Positions 17,249 to 28,709 of a stretch of 64,000 nt of DNA are shown here, one piece after another; the first letter of the stretch is position 1; each line of letters begins with the position of its first letter. The translations under genes and the position numbers were made by a program. The stretch spans positions 40,654-104,653 of the forward strand of contig CAZGDX010000001.1 in assembly GCA_964525225.1 (NCBI GenBank), in the 5' to 3' direction. The DNA is from an uncultured Gammaproteobacteria bacterium. Its GTDB lineage: Bacteria; Patescibacteriota; Patescibacteriia; DYHP01. The notes beneath the pieces were generated by a model, which saw only the letters and a list, made by a program, of their open reading frames with translations, did no database searches and was not told the origin of the DNA.

Positions 17249-18055
17249 CTATGCGCTTTTTATTTCTTTATAAATTCTTTCTATTTTTTTTGCTTTTTTA
17301 GTTTTGGGATCAATCTGTATCAGGACAGCGTTTAGTATTGCCGGCCATTCATCCGCAATTTCATATTTATGTTTTGTCCCCTCTGTATAAGATTTTACAA
17401 TACTTTCAGGATTTTCGCCAATTATGGAGTTTTTCGCGCCCGTCATTCCGACATCCGTGATGTAGGCGGTTGATTTATCAAACATTTGTTCGTCAGCCGT
17501 CGGTACGTGAGTATGTGTTCCGACCAGCGCCGAGATTCTTCCTTTGGCATAATGCAGAAGCGCTATTTTTTCCGATGTTGCTTCAGCGTGAAAATCTACA
17601 AATATTCCGTTCAGTTTTTCTTTCTTGTATTTTTCGAGTATCTTATCAAGAGTTTTAAAAGGGGATTCGTATTCTTCTTGGATGAAGACTTGCCCGTTTA
17701 AATTTATCACCAAAAGTTTATACTTCCCACTCTTGATTATTTTTTCTCCATCTCCAGTTTTGTTTTTATGGTTTGCCGGGCGGATAATAATGTTATTTAG
17801 CGCCGTGTCGGCAAACACTTTTTCTGCCTCATCTTTTTTGTCAAAAATATGATTGCCGGAGGTAAAGAATTGCGCGCCGGCATCAAGCGCGTCCGCCACT
17901 GTTTTTCTGGTAATTCCAAGCCCGTGCGCCAAGTTTTCCGCATTGGCGATGATAAAATTTGGCTTATATTTTTTAATCAAAGAAGGCAGGGCTTTGCGCA
18001 CCGTCTGCCTTCCGATTTTTCCGATTAAATCTCCGATAAAGAGAATTTTTAACAT
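17249..18055 (-). CDS. ymdB: YmdB-like metallophosphoesterase (2',3'-cyclic-nucleotide phosphodiesterase family)
   Basis: MLKILFIGDLIGKIGR...GNH metallophosphatase motifs; sits immediately downstream of rny, as in many bacteria. Confidence 0.85.
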   Translation of the reverse strand: MLKILFIGDLIGKIGRQTVRKALPSLIKKYKPNFIIANAENLAHGLGITRKTVADALDAGAQFFTSGNHIFDKKDEAEKVFADTALNNIIIRPANHKNKTGDGEKIIKSGKYKLLVINLNGQVFIQEEYESPFKTLDKILEKYKKEKLNGIFVDFHAEATSEKIALLHYAKGRISALVGTHTHVPTADEQMFDKSTAYITDVGMTGAKNSIIGENPESIVKSYTEGTKHKYEIADEWPAILNAVLIQIDPKTKKAKKIERIYKEIKSA

Positions 18056-18062
18056 AAATAAT

Positions 18063-18148
18063 GTACTAGACTTCCACTAATTAATATCACGAATTCGCAC
18101 TAATAATTCGTGCGTATTCGTGGTTTAGATTTGTGGAAGTTTTGTTCC
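18063..18148. repeat. 85-bp palindromic intergenic element, copy 2 (between rny and ymdB)
   Basis: gtactagacttccactaat...cacgaattcgcactaataattcgtgcg...agatttgtggaagttttgttcc. Confidence 0.7.
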
Positions 18149-18157
18149 TTTTATCAC

Positions 18158-19678
18158 TTACTTCGCGTACTCCGTCACTCTGGTTTCGCGGATGACTGTA
18201 ATTCTGATTTCGCCGGGATAACGAAGCTCGGCTTCCACTTTTTTGGCGATGTCGCGCGCTAAATTGTACGCGCTCAAATCATCAATTTCTTGCGGTTTGA
18301 CGAAAACGCGCACTTCGCGTCCGGCTTGGATGGCATAGGCCTTTTGCACGCCGGAAAAAGATGTCGCCACGTTTTCAAGTTCGGTAAGCCGTTGGACATA
18401 TTGTTCCAAGGTTTCTTTTCTTGCGCCCGGGCGGGCGCCGGAAATCGCATCCGCGGCTTTAACTATAATTGCTTCAATGTTTTTCGGAGAATCGCTGTGG
18501 TGCGAAAGCGCCGGATAAGCGATTTCATCGGAAATTCCGAATTTTTTCAGCAAATTAAAACCGATTTCAGTGTGGTTTCCTTGGACTTCATGGTCTACGG
18601 CTTTGCCGATATCGTGGAAAAGGCCGCCTTTTTTGGCAAGCGCCACGTCAGCCCCAAGTTCCTCGGCCATTAATCCGGAAAGATGCGCTACTTCAAGGGA
18701 GTGCGCCAAAATGTTTTGTCCGTAGCTGGTGCGGTATTTGAGCCGTCCGAGAATCTGGACAAGTTTTGGGTCAAATCCGGCAACGCTGATTCCCAAGTTG
18801 AAAAGCGCATCTTCGCCGGCTTTCTTAATTTCAATTGCCAGTTCTTTTTTGGATTCTTCAATCGCTTCTTCAATGCGCGCCGGTTGGATTCTGCCGTCGG
18901 CGACAAGTTTGGTAAGCGCCAATTTGGCGATCTGCCTGCGGATGGGGGAAAATCCGGAAACCGTAATGACATTTGGGGTTTCGTCTACGATAAGTTCCGT
19001 GCCGGTAAGCTGTTCTATTGTTTTAATATTTCTTCCTTCTTTGCCAATGATTCTTCCTTTCATTTCGTCATTTGGAATATCCACGCTTGAAGTTGTTGTC
19101 TCGCAAGCATGAGACGCGGCTATGCGTTGTATCACGCTGGATAAAACATCGCGCGCTCTTTTTTGCAGTTCGTCCGCTCCGACTTCCTGAACTTTTCTAG
19201 CGCGGGAAAGAATTGCGTCCTTGGCATCATCTTCCGCTAAACGCATCAGCTCTTCTTTTGCCTGGCTTTGGGATAAATTGCTGATTTTTTCAAGTTTTAC
19301 AATTTCATCCTGTTTTATCTTTAATGTTTCGTCTTTTATTTTTTCAATTTCTTGGGTTTTTTCGGTAAGCTGATGTTCCTTGTCCTGGAATTCAAGAAGT
19401 TTTTGTTCAAAAAGTCCGGTTCTTTTTTGGAGCTTTTTTTGGTATTCCAAAAGGTCCCTCCTGATGTCGCGCTCTTCTTTCTTTGCGTCATCAATTATTT
19501 TTAAAGCGCGTTCTTTTGCCTGCATCAGATATTTTTGTCCGCGCGTTTTTGCCTCCTCAAGAAGTTTTTCGGCCCTGGATTCTACCGTGTTAGCCCGGCG
19601 TTTGGCTACAGCCCTTCGGAGCAGATAGCCCGATATGCCGCCTCCAAATAGTCCGACGATAATATATATCAAAGACAT
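18158..19678 (-). CDS. rny: ribonuclease Y
   Basis: N-terminal TM and coiled coil, KH domain, HD domain (LAHSLEVAHLSGLMA...HDIGKA). Confidence 0.9.
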   Translation of the reverse strand: MSLIYIIVGLFGGGISGYLLRRAVAKRRANTVESRAEKLLEEAKTRGQKYLMQAKERALKIIDDAKKEERDIRRDLLEYQKKLQKRTGLFEQKLLEFQDKEHQLTEKTQEIEKIKDETLKIKQDEIVKLEKISNLSQSQAKEELMRLAEDDAKDAILSRARKVQEVGADELQKRARDVLSSVIQRIAASHACETTTSSVDIPNDEMKGRIIGKEGRNIKTIEQLTGTELIVDETPNVITVSGFSPIRRQIAKLALTKLVADGRIQPARIEEAIEESKKELAIEIKKAGEDALFNLGISVAGFDPKLVQILGRLKYRTSYGQNILAHSLEVAHLSGLMAEELGADVALAKKGGLFHDIGKAVDHEVQGNHTEIGFNLLKKFGISDEIAYPALSHHSDSPKNIEAIIVKAADAISGARPGARKETLEQYVQRLTELENVATSFSGVQKAYAIQAGREVRVFVKPQEIDDLSAYNLARDIAKKVEAELRYPGEIRITVIRETRVTEYAK

Positions 19679-19944
19679 ACTTTTTCAAACCAAAAAACGG
19701 CCGATTATAAAGAAAATCCGCATCAAAAATCTTCAGTTTTTTCTCTAAGTTTAGATTAAAAGTTAACATAAAGTTCGTTTCAAAACCATCTTTCTCTTTG
19801 CAACCGGTTTTTTGGTTTTTTTGTTTATTTGTTATATATCCAATTTAGCACATTTGGCGGAAATTGACAATAGGTATTGACTTTTTTTCCAAAAACCCCT
19901 AAATTTAGAGCAAAGGACATTAAAAATTTAAAACGGAGAGTAGA

Positions 19945-20526
19945 ATGCTAAAAAGGTTAGAAGATTGGCTTGGGCGGATTCCGCGCTGGACCGCGCTGAT
20001 TTTGTGGCTCGTTATGGCAAGCCCGTACGTGCCTATCAACTACCTTCTTCCGTATGAGGCGGGGCAGTTCCCATTGTTTCCGTGGGAAGACAGAATTCCT
20101 TTTATGGGTTGGACTATTTATATCTATGTTTCTTTCTTTTTACTCATTCCGGTGGCGATGTATCTTATTCCAAAGGAAAAATTTGGCAGAGTTTTTCTAT
20201 CTCTCTGTGTTTTGTGCTGGGTGCATTTTATTTTTTTCATTTTTTTTCCGGTAACATATCCGCGGACTTACAGCGATGGCGGACATATTTTCTTCGCGCT
20301 GGTGAAACTTTTGGACCAGCCGAACAATTGTTTTCCGTCGCTTCATGTGGCGATTTCGGTTTTCTTGACCATTGCCGTGTGGCGGACGCGCCATAGACAG
20401 GCGGGAACTCTTATGGCTTTCTGGACGCTTCTGATTATCATTTCAACCCTGACTGTCAAGCAACATTACGCGCTGGATATTATCGGAGGAATCGGGATGG
20501 CAGTTCTTGCGTCGTTTTTGCTCTGA
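19945..20526 (+). CDS. PAP2-superfamily membrane phosphatase-like protein
   Basis: Multi-TM protein with PSLHVA and KQHYALD motifs that resemble PAP2 motifs 2 and 3. Confidence 0.6.
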   Translation: MLKRLEDWLGRIPRWTALILWLVMASPYVPINYLLPYEAGQFPLFPWEDRIPFMGWTIYIYVSFFLLIPVAMYLIPKEKFGRVFLSLCVLCWVHFIFFIFFPVTYPRTYSDGGHIFFALVKLLDQPNNCFPSLHVAISVFLTIAVWRTRHRQAGTLMAFWTLLIIISTLTVKQHYALDIIGGIGMAVLASFLL

Positions 20527-20583
20527 TTATGTGAGAAAAAAGTTTTAGAATCAGACCCGCTCTTTAGCAGGTCTTTTTTAATT

Positions 20584-20745
20584 TGTCATCCTTGGGGCCG
20601 CGGAGCGGATCCTTGGGATCCACGTGGATTTTTGCCGGCGGACTTTGGGTCACCAGGCACGTCTCCGTATTTACTTTGGGGTGTCGGGCACCTCTCCTTG
20701 GTCTTTGCGGCACACCGCGGACAACGGAGCGGTACCCGACATCAT
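20584..20745. repeat. GTCATCC hairpin element, copy B (longer, about 160 bp, 61% GC)
   Basis: The first 55 bp are near-identical to copy A; the remainder is a unique GC-rich sequence with no obvious ORF. Confidence 0.55.
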
Positions 20746-20815
20746 TTAATTTTAGACATTAGGAATTAGATACTTGGAATTAAAAAAATCACCCCTTTCG
20801 GGGTGATTTTTTTTC

Positions 20816-22480
<1,665 letters not shown>

Positions 22481-22485
22481 TTAAT

Positions 22486-22587
22486 GGGTACTAAACTTCC
22501 ACAAATCTATGCCACGAATACGCACGAATTAGAAAATTAATTTATTAGTGCGAATTAGCGATAGAAATTAGTGGGAGTCTAGTTCCT
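22486..22587. repeat. 85-bp palindromic intergenic element, copy 3 (fills the groES-groEL spacer)
   Basis: actaaacttccacaaatctatgccacgaatacgcacgaattag...attagtgcgaattagcgatagaaattagtgggagtctag. Confidence 0.7.
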
Positions 22588-22875
22588 TTATTCAATAATT
22601 GCCAAGACGTCCGATTCCGAAATAAGTAATAATACTTCGCCGTCTGTTTTTATTTCGTCCGGACTGTATTTTTTAAACATAACAATATCGTCAATTTTGA
22701 CGGACATCGGAGCTTTGTTGCCGTTTTCAAGCGTCCTCCCCGGGCCTGTGGCAATAATTTTTCCTTTTTCCGGTTTTTCCTTTGCTGTATCGGGCAAAAG
22801 GATTCCGGATTTCGTGGCCGCTTCTTCAGCGAGCGGCTTGACCAAAATTCGGTCGCCTAATGGACGTATGTTCAT
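22588..22875 (-). CDS. groS: co-chaperonin GroES
   Basis: MNIRPLGDRILVKP... Start moved to the internal Met; about 95 aa, typical of GroES. Confidence 0.88.
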   Translation of the reverse strand: MNIRPLGDRILVKPLAEEAATKSGILLPDTAKEKPEKGKIIATGPGRTLENGNKAPMSVKIDDIVMFKKYSPDEIKTDGEVLLLISESDVLAIIE

Positions 22876-23023
22876 AAGGTTTTGTTTATCGGCAAAAGTA
22901 TAAAATATTATTTTATCGCTTTTTGCCTTTCTTAATTTCAGATTATATCTTGGCAAAATATATGGGATTTGTCAAGTAAAAAATACCCCGACTTAATAGC
23001 CGGGGCGGGTATGAGGATATAAT

Positions 23024-23458
23024 TTAAAACTTTTCTTTAAAAGTCCAGTATTTGTTCATGGTGAAATTCCATGCCCAGGAAATTGTGCCGACACAGAGTT
23101 TGGCTATTATATCGTGGACGCCGATTTTTACGAGACCATAGAGAACTGCTTCGGAAAGCAACAAACTGGAACCGCAGATGATAATGTATTTTAGGTATTG
23201 CCGGATTTTTTTGACATCTTTATTTTCAAAAGTCCATTTTTTATTCCAAATAAATCCCCAGCCGGTGGCTGTAAGAAAAGATATGGCATTGGCAATGAGG
23301 TAGTGTTCGCCAAAAAAAATGGTAAATCTCGTAAGCGCCCAATAAATAAAAAAATCTATTGAGGCGCTTGTAGCCCCGATAATTGAGTATTTTATAAAAT
23401 GTCTGAACCCGCGCGGAAGTATTATCCAGCAATTTTTTACTTTTGCGATAATAAACAT
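23024..23458 (-). CDS. GtrA-family membrane protein (polysaccharide biosynthesis)
   Basis: Four TM helices and a NKKWTF-type GtrA motif. Terminator hairpin downstream (ccccggctattaagtcgggg). Confidence 0.7.
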   Translation of the reverse strand: MFIIAKVKNCWIILPRGFRHFIKYSIIGATSASIDFFIYWALTRFTIFFGEHYLIANAISFLTATGWGFIWNKKWTFENKDVKKIRQYLKYIIICGSSLLLSEAVLYGLVKIGVHDIIAKLCVGTISWAWNFTMNKYWTFKEKF

Positions 23459-23565
23459 AATTTTCCGAAATTTTCAGTTTTAATTTTTAAATTTTAATTT
23501 ATTTTATTAAAAAGTAATTTAAAATTTATAAATTAAAATTGGGAAAGTTGCTTGTTGAGATAAAA

Positions 23566-24804
23566 TTATGTTTTTGTTTTGTTTGCTAAACAAGATAAAC
23601 CGACAACAAATCCCACCAACATTATACCAGCATAGATGCTTATTGGGTAATGGTCAAAAAGTCCGAGAATTAAAATGGGAGAGAGGAAAATAATTTTTAA
23701 TTTTAAATTATAAATTATAAATAAAATCATCAAAAATAAAAATGCTAAAATGCCAAATTTTGAAATAAAAAGAAGATAAATATTGTGCGTTGGCTGGTAT
23801 GCGAAAGATTTCAGATTTGGGTTAATTTCATTTTTCAGCGCCAGCGTATAATTTCCAGGACCCACGCCGAAAACAGGATGGAGTTTTATGATTTTGAAAG
23901 ATTCGCGGTAGAACTGCATCCGTTCGGCGTTTGATTTTTCTTCAAGCCGTGCGACACCCTCCACGCGAGTTTTTAGCAAAGGAGTGTAAATAAAAGAAAG
24001 AATCAGAGGTATGGTGGCGCAAACAATGGTTATAGACGCGATTTTTTTTAAGTTTGTTTTATTTTTTAAGTTGGCGAGTAAAAAAATCAGCAAGCAAAAA
24101 ATCAGGGCAATCCATGCGGCGCGGGAAAATGTTAAAAATAATGCTGAAGATAAAATTATTATTGCGGGAAATACTAATTTTGATTCTTTGTGGACATATA
24201 AAATTGCTAGAAGAAAAATCGCGATTACTAGATATCCTGCCAAAATGTTTGGATGAGGAAGCGCGCCATAAGCTCTTAGCCAGCGTCCGCTTCCTGTTTC
24301 AACGACCGATGCCCCAAGGATTGACGCGTTTTGCAAAGCCATTCCGAGCCATTTTGAAGAAAATGATGTTTGAGTAAAAAATTGCCAAAACGCGACAGAT
24401 GCCTGAATCAGCATACCGCCAGAAAATGCGTAAATTATTTTTTTAAAATTCGCCAGTTTGTAAATTAAAAATGCCAGAATTCCTCCTTCGGCGATTTTCA
24501 GAAGCGTATAAAACGCCAGCGCCGGATTAAACGCCAAAACAGCGGATATGAACGAAAAAATTAAAAATAAAAAAATCAGTATTTTAAATCGTAAATCGTA
24601 AATCGTAAATCGTAAATTTTCATTCTTAATCAGATAAAACAAACTTATCAAGGTTATCGTCCATAAGATTATCTCTGTCCCATAAAGCGAATAAGTATTA
24701 TATTCGGAATAGCCGTTCAAATTTCCGGCTTTAATAATCCACCGCGTTTGCCACGGCAATAAAAAGACAAGAAGATAAATCCCGTATTCTAAAATTTTCT
24801 TCAT
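23566..24804 (-). CDS. O-antigen ligase-like (Wzy_C family) polytopic membrane protein
   Basis: 12 predicted TM helices; the SRAAWIAL segment is typical of WaaL/O-antigen ligase loops. Contains an (acgattt)x4 repeat. Confidence 0.7.
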   Translation of the reverse strand: MKKILEYGIYLLVFLLPWQTRWIIKAGNLNGYSEYNTYSLYGTEIILWTITLISLFYLIKNENLRFTIYDLRFKILIFLFLIFSFISAVLAFNPALAFYTLLKIAEGGILAFLIYKLANFKKIIYAFSGGMLIQASVAFWQFFTQTSFSSKWLGMALQNASILGASVVETGSGRWLRAYGALPHPNILAGYLVIAIFLLAILYVHKESKLVFPAIIILSSALFLTFSRAAWIALIFCLLIFLLANLKNKTNLKKIASITIVCATIPLILSFIYTPLLKTRVEGVARLEEKSNAERMQFYRESFKIIKLHPVFGVGPGNYTLALKNEINPNLKSFAYQPTHNIYLLFISKFGILAFLFLMILFIIYNLKLKIIFLSPILILGLFDHYPISIYAGIMLVGFVVGLSCLANKTKT

Positions 24805-24807
24805 ACT

Positions 24808-25767
24808 TTATACTTTCGGGGGACCGTCCCCCGACGCGGGGGACGGTCCCCACGTAGTTATTTTATAAAATTTGTTTCTTAAATCTTCGCGGGAATCATG
24901 CGTATGAAATTTAAGTATGCTGTCGGTTATGACGACATTGGTATTTTTATTTGCCAGTCGTTTTAAATTTTCCGGCATTATTCCAAGTTGAATTTTTTTC
25001 GTTTTTTGTTCAAGCCAATCGCCAAAAAAACCTTGAAAAATTTTTTCAAAGTATTCGGCAACGGAGGATATGGCGATATTTCTTCGCGCCGGCGGTTTTT
25101 TTGCGACAAGGGCGTTTGGTAAAAAATCGTTGACCCACTTATTTTCTTCGCCGAATTTTTTATTAAACCCGTCTTTTTCTAAAATCGGCGCCATCTGGCA
25201 CACCCAATACGAAAAATGTGGGTCGTCCGGCGCGCCCAATTCGTTTTTAAGGGCCAGATTTTTTAGGTTGATATTGTCTTCGTCAATAAAAAAACTCGGG
25301 CATATCGCGTCGCGTGAATTTTCTCCGGGACGCATCTTGAATAGTTTTAAAAAACCGGTTATCAGCAGCCGCGCGAGCCAGATTCGTTTGCGCGAGGTAA
25401 TAACGAAGAGGTCTATATCACTTCCGTCGGGCGCGTTTGAATATCCCAAATCATTACAGACGGAAATCATTTTAATAAATGGAAAAAAAGAAAATATCCG
25501 CGCGAGACGCATAACTTTTTTATATTTTCTTTCGGCAAAAAGATATTTTTCCGCCCGTTCCGCCAAAATATTTTCTTTTCCGCGGATAAAATAAAAACCG
25601 TCTTTTTCCTGCAAAACGGTTTTTATCTCCTCGCTTTTTAATATCGTAAAAATTTCGGGAAGCGTTAAAATTTTTTCGTTTTTATATTGCCATTTCCAAA
25701 TTTCTTCGGCGCGGAGCGTCCAATTATAAATATCAAAATAGGATATTGTCCGCAAAATATTTTTCAT
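24808..25767 (-). CDS. hypothetical protein with minimal nucleotidyltransferase-fold motif (GSDIDLFV)
   Basis: GS...DIDL motif. The 3' end overlaps a GC-rich palindrome. Confidence 0.45.
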   Translation of the reverse strand: MKNILRTISYFDIYNWTLRAEEIWKWQYKNEKILTLPEIFTILKSEEIKTVLQEKDGFYFIRGKENILAERAEKYLFAERKYKKVMRLARIFSFFPFIKMISVCNDLGYSNAPDGSDIDLFVITSRKRIWLARLLITGFLKLFKMRPGENSRDAICPSFFIDEDNINLKNLALKNELGAPDDPHFSYWVCQMAPILEKDGFNKKFGEENKWVNDFLPNALVAKKPPARRNIAISSVAEYFEKIFQGFFGDWLEQKTKKIQLGIMPENLKRLANKNTNVVITDSILKFHTHDSREDLRNKFYKITTWGPSPASGDGPPKV

Positions 25768-25776
25768 ACATTGCTT

Positions 25777-26073
25777 TTATTTGGATGTTGCCGTAAGCGC
25801 GGGTTCCGTTTTTTTCATAAGAGTTTCTGTCGTATTTGATTTTATTTTTTCGCGGATTGCTCCATCTTCAACTATCATTTTTTGGCCGTCTATAGAGAGC
25901 ACCTGATTTCTTCCGATTATCAGATTTTCATTGCTGATAAATCCGCATCTGACGGCATACGAATTTACAATATGCGATTCAATATCCAAATTAATATCCG
26001 CGACTTTGCCGATTTTTGTTCCGCCACTCGTTTCAACCGGAAGCCCGATTATTTTTTTTGCATTCAAAATCAT
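25777..26073 (-). CDS. PRC-barrel-like small protein
   Basis: GLPVETSGGTKIGKVADINLD pattern resembling YlmC/YmxH PRC-barrel proteins. Confidence 0.45.
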   Translation of the reverse strand: MILNAKKIIGLPVETSGGTKIGKVADINLDIESHIVNSYAVRCGFISNENLIIGRNQVLSIDGQKMIVEDGAIREKIKSNTTETLMKKTEPALTATSK

Positions 26074-26076
26074 AAA

Positions 26077-26805
26077 TTAAATTACTTTTTTTGGCCGTAG
26101 GAATATCCATTGTTGAACAATTGTCAGCGCGTTCATAACTAGCCAGTAAAGCACCAGTCCTCCCGGAAGGGAATAGCCGATGAATACTGTGAGAATCGGC
26201 ATCATATAGAGCATTTGTTTATTCATTGAGCCAAGCATTGCCTCATCTTTGCTTCCAGGGTCTTTTTGGGCAACACGCGCCGGTGACGAAGTTGTCATCA
26301 TTTTTCCTTGAAAAAATTGCGTGATGCCGGCAAGCAGGCAAAGAATCACATTTTTGCTTTCGGCGAGGTCCATAAATTCCAGAAAGATGGTGTCAATGTG
26401 TCCCGGATTGGCGACAAAAGGATAAAGCGCTTCAAAGCCGCTGGATTTCAATCCGGCCGCGAGCACCTGATAAAGCGCTATCAAAAACGGAAGCTGGATT
26501 AAAATCGGCAAACACGAAGAAAACGGATTTACTTTTTCTTTGCGGTAAAGTTCCATTATCGCTTTTGACATTTCTTCTTTTTGATTTTTATATTTTTCTT
26601 TTATTTCGTTTATTTTGGGTTGAATTTCCTGCAATGCTTTTTGCGAACGCAAAGATTTTATCGTCAGGGGAAAAAGCAAAAATTTTAAAATTACCGTTAG
26701 CGCAATAATCGCAATGCCGATATCATAACCAGGGATGACGTCATAGAGCCAGACCAAAAGATTGAATATCGGTTGGTAAAATATGATGTGAAATAAATTA
26801 GCCAT
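26077..26805 (-). CDS. yidC: membrane protein insertase YidC/Oxa1 (short form)
   Basis: Five TM helices; QQWIFL... C-terminal region and conserved PGGLVLYW segment. Confidence 0.85.
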   Translation of the reverse strand: MANLFHIIFYQPIFNLLVWLYDVIPGYDIGIAIIALTVILKFLLFPLTIKSLRSQKALQEIQPKINEIKEKYKNQKEEMSKAIMELYRKEKVNPFSSCLPILIQLPFLIALYQVLAAGLKSSGFEALYPFVANPGHIDTIFLEFMDLAESKNVILCLLAGITQFFQGKMMTTSSPARVAQKDPGSKDEAMLGSMNKQMLYMMPILTVFIGYSLPGGLVLYWLVMNALTIVQQWIFLRPKKVI

Positions 26806-26809
26806 GGAT

Positions 26810-28186
26810 TTATTTTTTAGTGTTATTTTCTTTTATTTTATCAGTTTCTGTTTCTTTCGGCGAGGTTTCTTTTTTTGTTTCTTCCGGAGATTCGGCAATC
26901 GGAGGATTTTCGGCAGGAATTTCCGGTTTGGTTTCCTCCGCGGTTTCTTGTCCGGTTTCGGTCTTTTCCGCAACTTCGGTTTCTTTTTCTTTTGTTTCTT
27001 CCGGGATGTCTTTTGCTTTAATTTCTTCAATAGTAATGGTCCAGCCGGTCAGTCGCGCGGCCAAACGGACATTTTGTCCGCCTCTGCCGATAGCCAAAGA
27101 AAGCTGGTCGGATGAAACATGGGCGGTTGCGAGCTTGGTTTCCTGATTTAAATTTATTTTTTGGATTTTTGCCGGAGAAAGCGCGTTTCCGATAAATTTT
27201 TCCACATTTTCGCTGTATTCAACTATATCTATTTTTTCGCCGCCGAGTTCATTGATGATTGTTTGGATGCGAGTGCCGCGCTGGCCGATGCAGGAACCGA
27301 CCGGGTCAACGTTTTCTTCTTTTGAAGAAACCGCGATTTTGGTCCGCGATCCGGCTTCGCGCGCCACAGAGTTGATTGTAACGGCGCCTTCCGCGATTTC
27401 CGGAATTTCGGACATAAAAAGTTTTTTTACCAATTCCGGATGCGCGCGGGAAATCGTTATTTCTGGTCCGCGCGAACCGATTGTGACTGATTCAACATAA
27501 ACCTTTATGCGGTCGCCCGGATTATATCTTTCGGTCGGGATTTGTCCTTCGGGCGGTATGACGGCCGTGATTTTTCCAAGGTCAACTAAAACTACCCGGC
27601 CTTCGCGCCTTTGCACGATGCCGATAAGGACCTGTTGTTCCTTGTCTTTGAATTCCGCAAAGACATTTTCCCGTTCGGCTTCGCGGAGACGTTGGGTGAT
27701 TACTTGTTTTGCCGTTTGCGCGGCCATTCTTCCGAATTCGCCCGGAACTTCAAGTTCGGTTTTTAAAACTTCATCAAGTTTCGCGCTTTTCTTAATTTTT
27801 TTTGCTTCGGAAAGGGAAATATTAAGTTTCGGGCTGAAGCGCGGTTTTTCCTCTTCGCCTTCCGCCGGAACAATTTCTTCCTTTTCTTCCTTGGCGAGAG
27901 GAACAGCAACGCCTTCGGCTTCCATTTGTTCGCGCAATTTGGCGCGTTCTTCCATTTCTTTCTGGTATTCTTCAAAAAGCTCGTCAGAAACTACGGTTTT
28001 AATATCAAAAACGCGAAGAGCTCCGGTTTCCGGGTCAAATTCGGCTTTCAGATTTTGATTTTTTTCGCCAAAATCTTTGCGGTACGCGGAAGCCAACGCG
28101 GATTCCACTGTTTCCAAAACAGATTCGTACGAAAGATTTTTTTCCTCGCAGATTTGTTTGATTGCTTGCATTATTGGTGACGACAT
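26810..28186 (-). CDS. nusA: transcription termination/antitermination factor NusA with Glu/Lys-rich C-terminal extension
   Basis: N-terminal domain, S1 domain and two KH domains, followed by a low-complexity acidic/basic tail. Confidence 0.9.
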   Translation of the reverse strand: MSSPIMQAIKQICEEKNLSYESVLETVESALASAYRKDFGEKNQNLKAEFDPETGALRVFDIKTVVSDELFEEYQKEMEERAKLREQMEAEGVAVPLAKEEKEEIVPAEGEEEKPRFSPKLNISLSEAKKIKKSAKLDEVLKTELEVPGEFGRMAAQTAKQVITQRLREAERENVFAEFKDKEQQVLIGIVQRREGRVVLVDLGKITAVIPPEGQIPTERYNPGDRIKVYVESVTIGSRGPEITISRAHPELVKKLFMSEIPEIAEGAVTINSVAREAGSRTKIAVSSKEENVDPVGSCIGQRGTRIQTIINELGGEKIDIVEYSENVEKFIGNALSPAKIQKINLNQETKLATAHVSSDQLSLAIGRGGQNVRLAARLTGWTITIEEIKAKDIPEETKEKETEVAEKTETGQETAEETKPEIPAENPPIAESPEETKKETSPKETETDKIKENNTKK

Positions 28187-28197
28187 GATGTTTTATA

Positions 28198-28284
28198 GGG
28201 ATACAACTTCCACTAATTTTTTTCACCAATAAGCACGAATAATTAGTGCGGATTAGTGATATAGATTTGTGGGAGTCTTGTTCC
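28198..28284. repeat. 85-bp palindromic intergenic element, copy 4 (12 bp upstream of nusA start)
   Basis: gatacaacttccactaat...cacgaataattagtgcggattagtg...agatttgtgggagtcttgttcc. Confidence 0.7.
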
Positions 28285-28449
28285 TTTTTAATTAGTGCTT
28301 AATAAAAATGACCAGTCCGCAGAGACCAGTCCTTATGTTTTTATAATACTATAAATTGAAATAAATGTCAAGCGATTGACAAAAGTTGAGTTTTTTGATA
28401 AGTTGATTTAATGTTCGTTAAAATAAAAAAAAGAAAGAAGGGAAAGAAA

Positions 28450-28674
28450 ATGTCCGACAAAACAGATTTTGAAAAGGCGCGGAAAGCAAAGGCAAAATTG
28501 GCGGCAAAAATCAGACATTTGCATTGCGCAATCGGAATCGGCAGAAATGATAATGGTTTCATTCTCGTGGTGCAGGTAAAAGAATTAACCCCGGAAATCA
28601 AGGTGGCCATTCCGGACGAATTCGAAGGATTTGAAGTGAAAGTTGAGGCGGTTGGGCAGATCCGTCCGAGATAA
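28450..28674 (+). CDS. hypothetical small protein (75 aa)
   Basis: TTGACA-17-TAAGTT promoter at 28374 and a GGGAAAG RBS; terminator hairpin at 28681-28708. Confidence 0.45.
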   Translation: MSDKTDFEKARKAKAKLAAKIRHLHCAIGIGRNDNGFILVVQVKELTPEIKVAIPDEFEGFEVKVEAVGQIRPR

Positions 28675-28709
28675 AAGAATAAAGAGCGGTAATGTTCCGC
28701 TCTTTTTAA

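Noticed and set aside
22876-23020. Looked for a CIRCE/HrcA operator (TTAGCACTC-N9-GAGTGCTAA) upstream of groES
   Set aside because: No match is present. The region contains only the upstream gene's terminator and an AT-rich promoter-like stretch; the groES-groEL spacer is instead filled by the 85-bp palindromic repeat.
24586-24617. Short tandem repeats (AAATCGT x4; TTGCAATTTGAAAT x2 at 53047; tttcagattgcaga x2 at 33794) considered as possible CRISPR arrays
   Set aside because: Repeat units are 7-14 bp with no spacers of unique sequence. The scale and architecture are wrong for CRISPR, and no cas genes are present.
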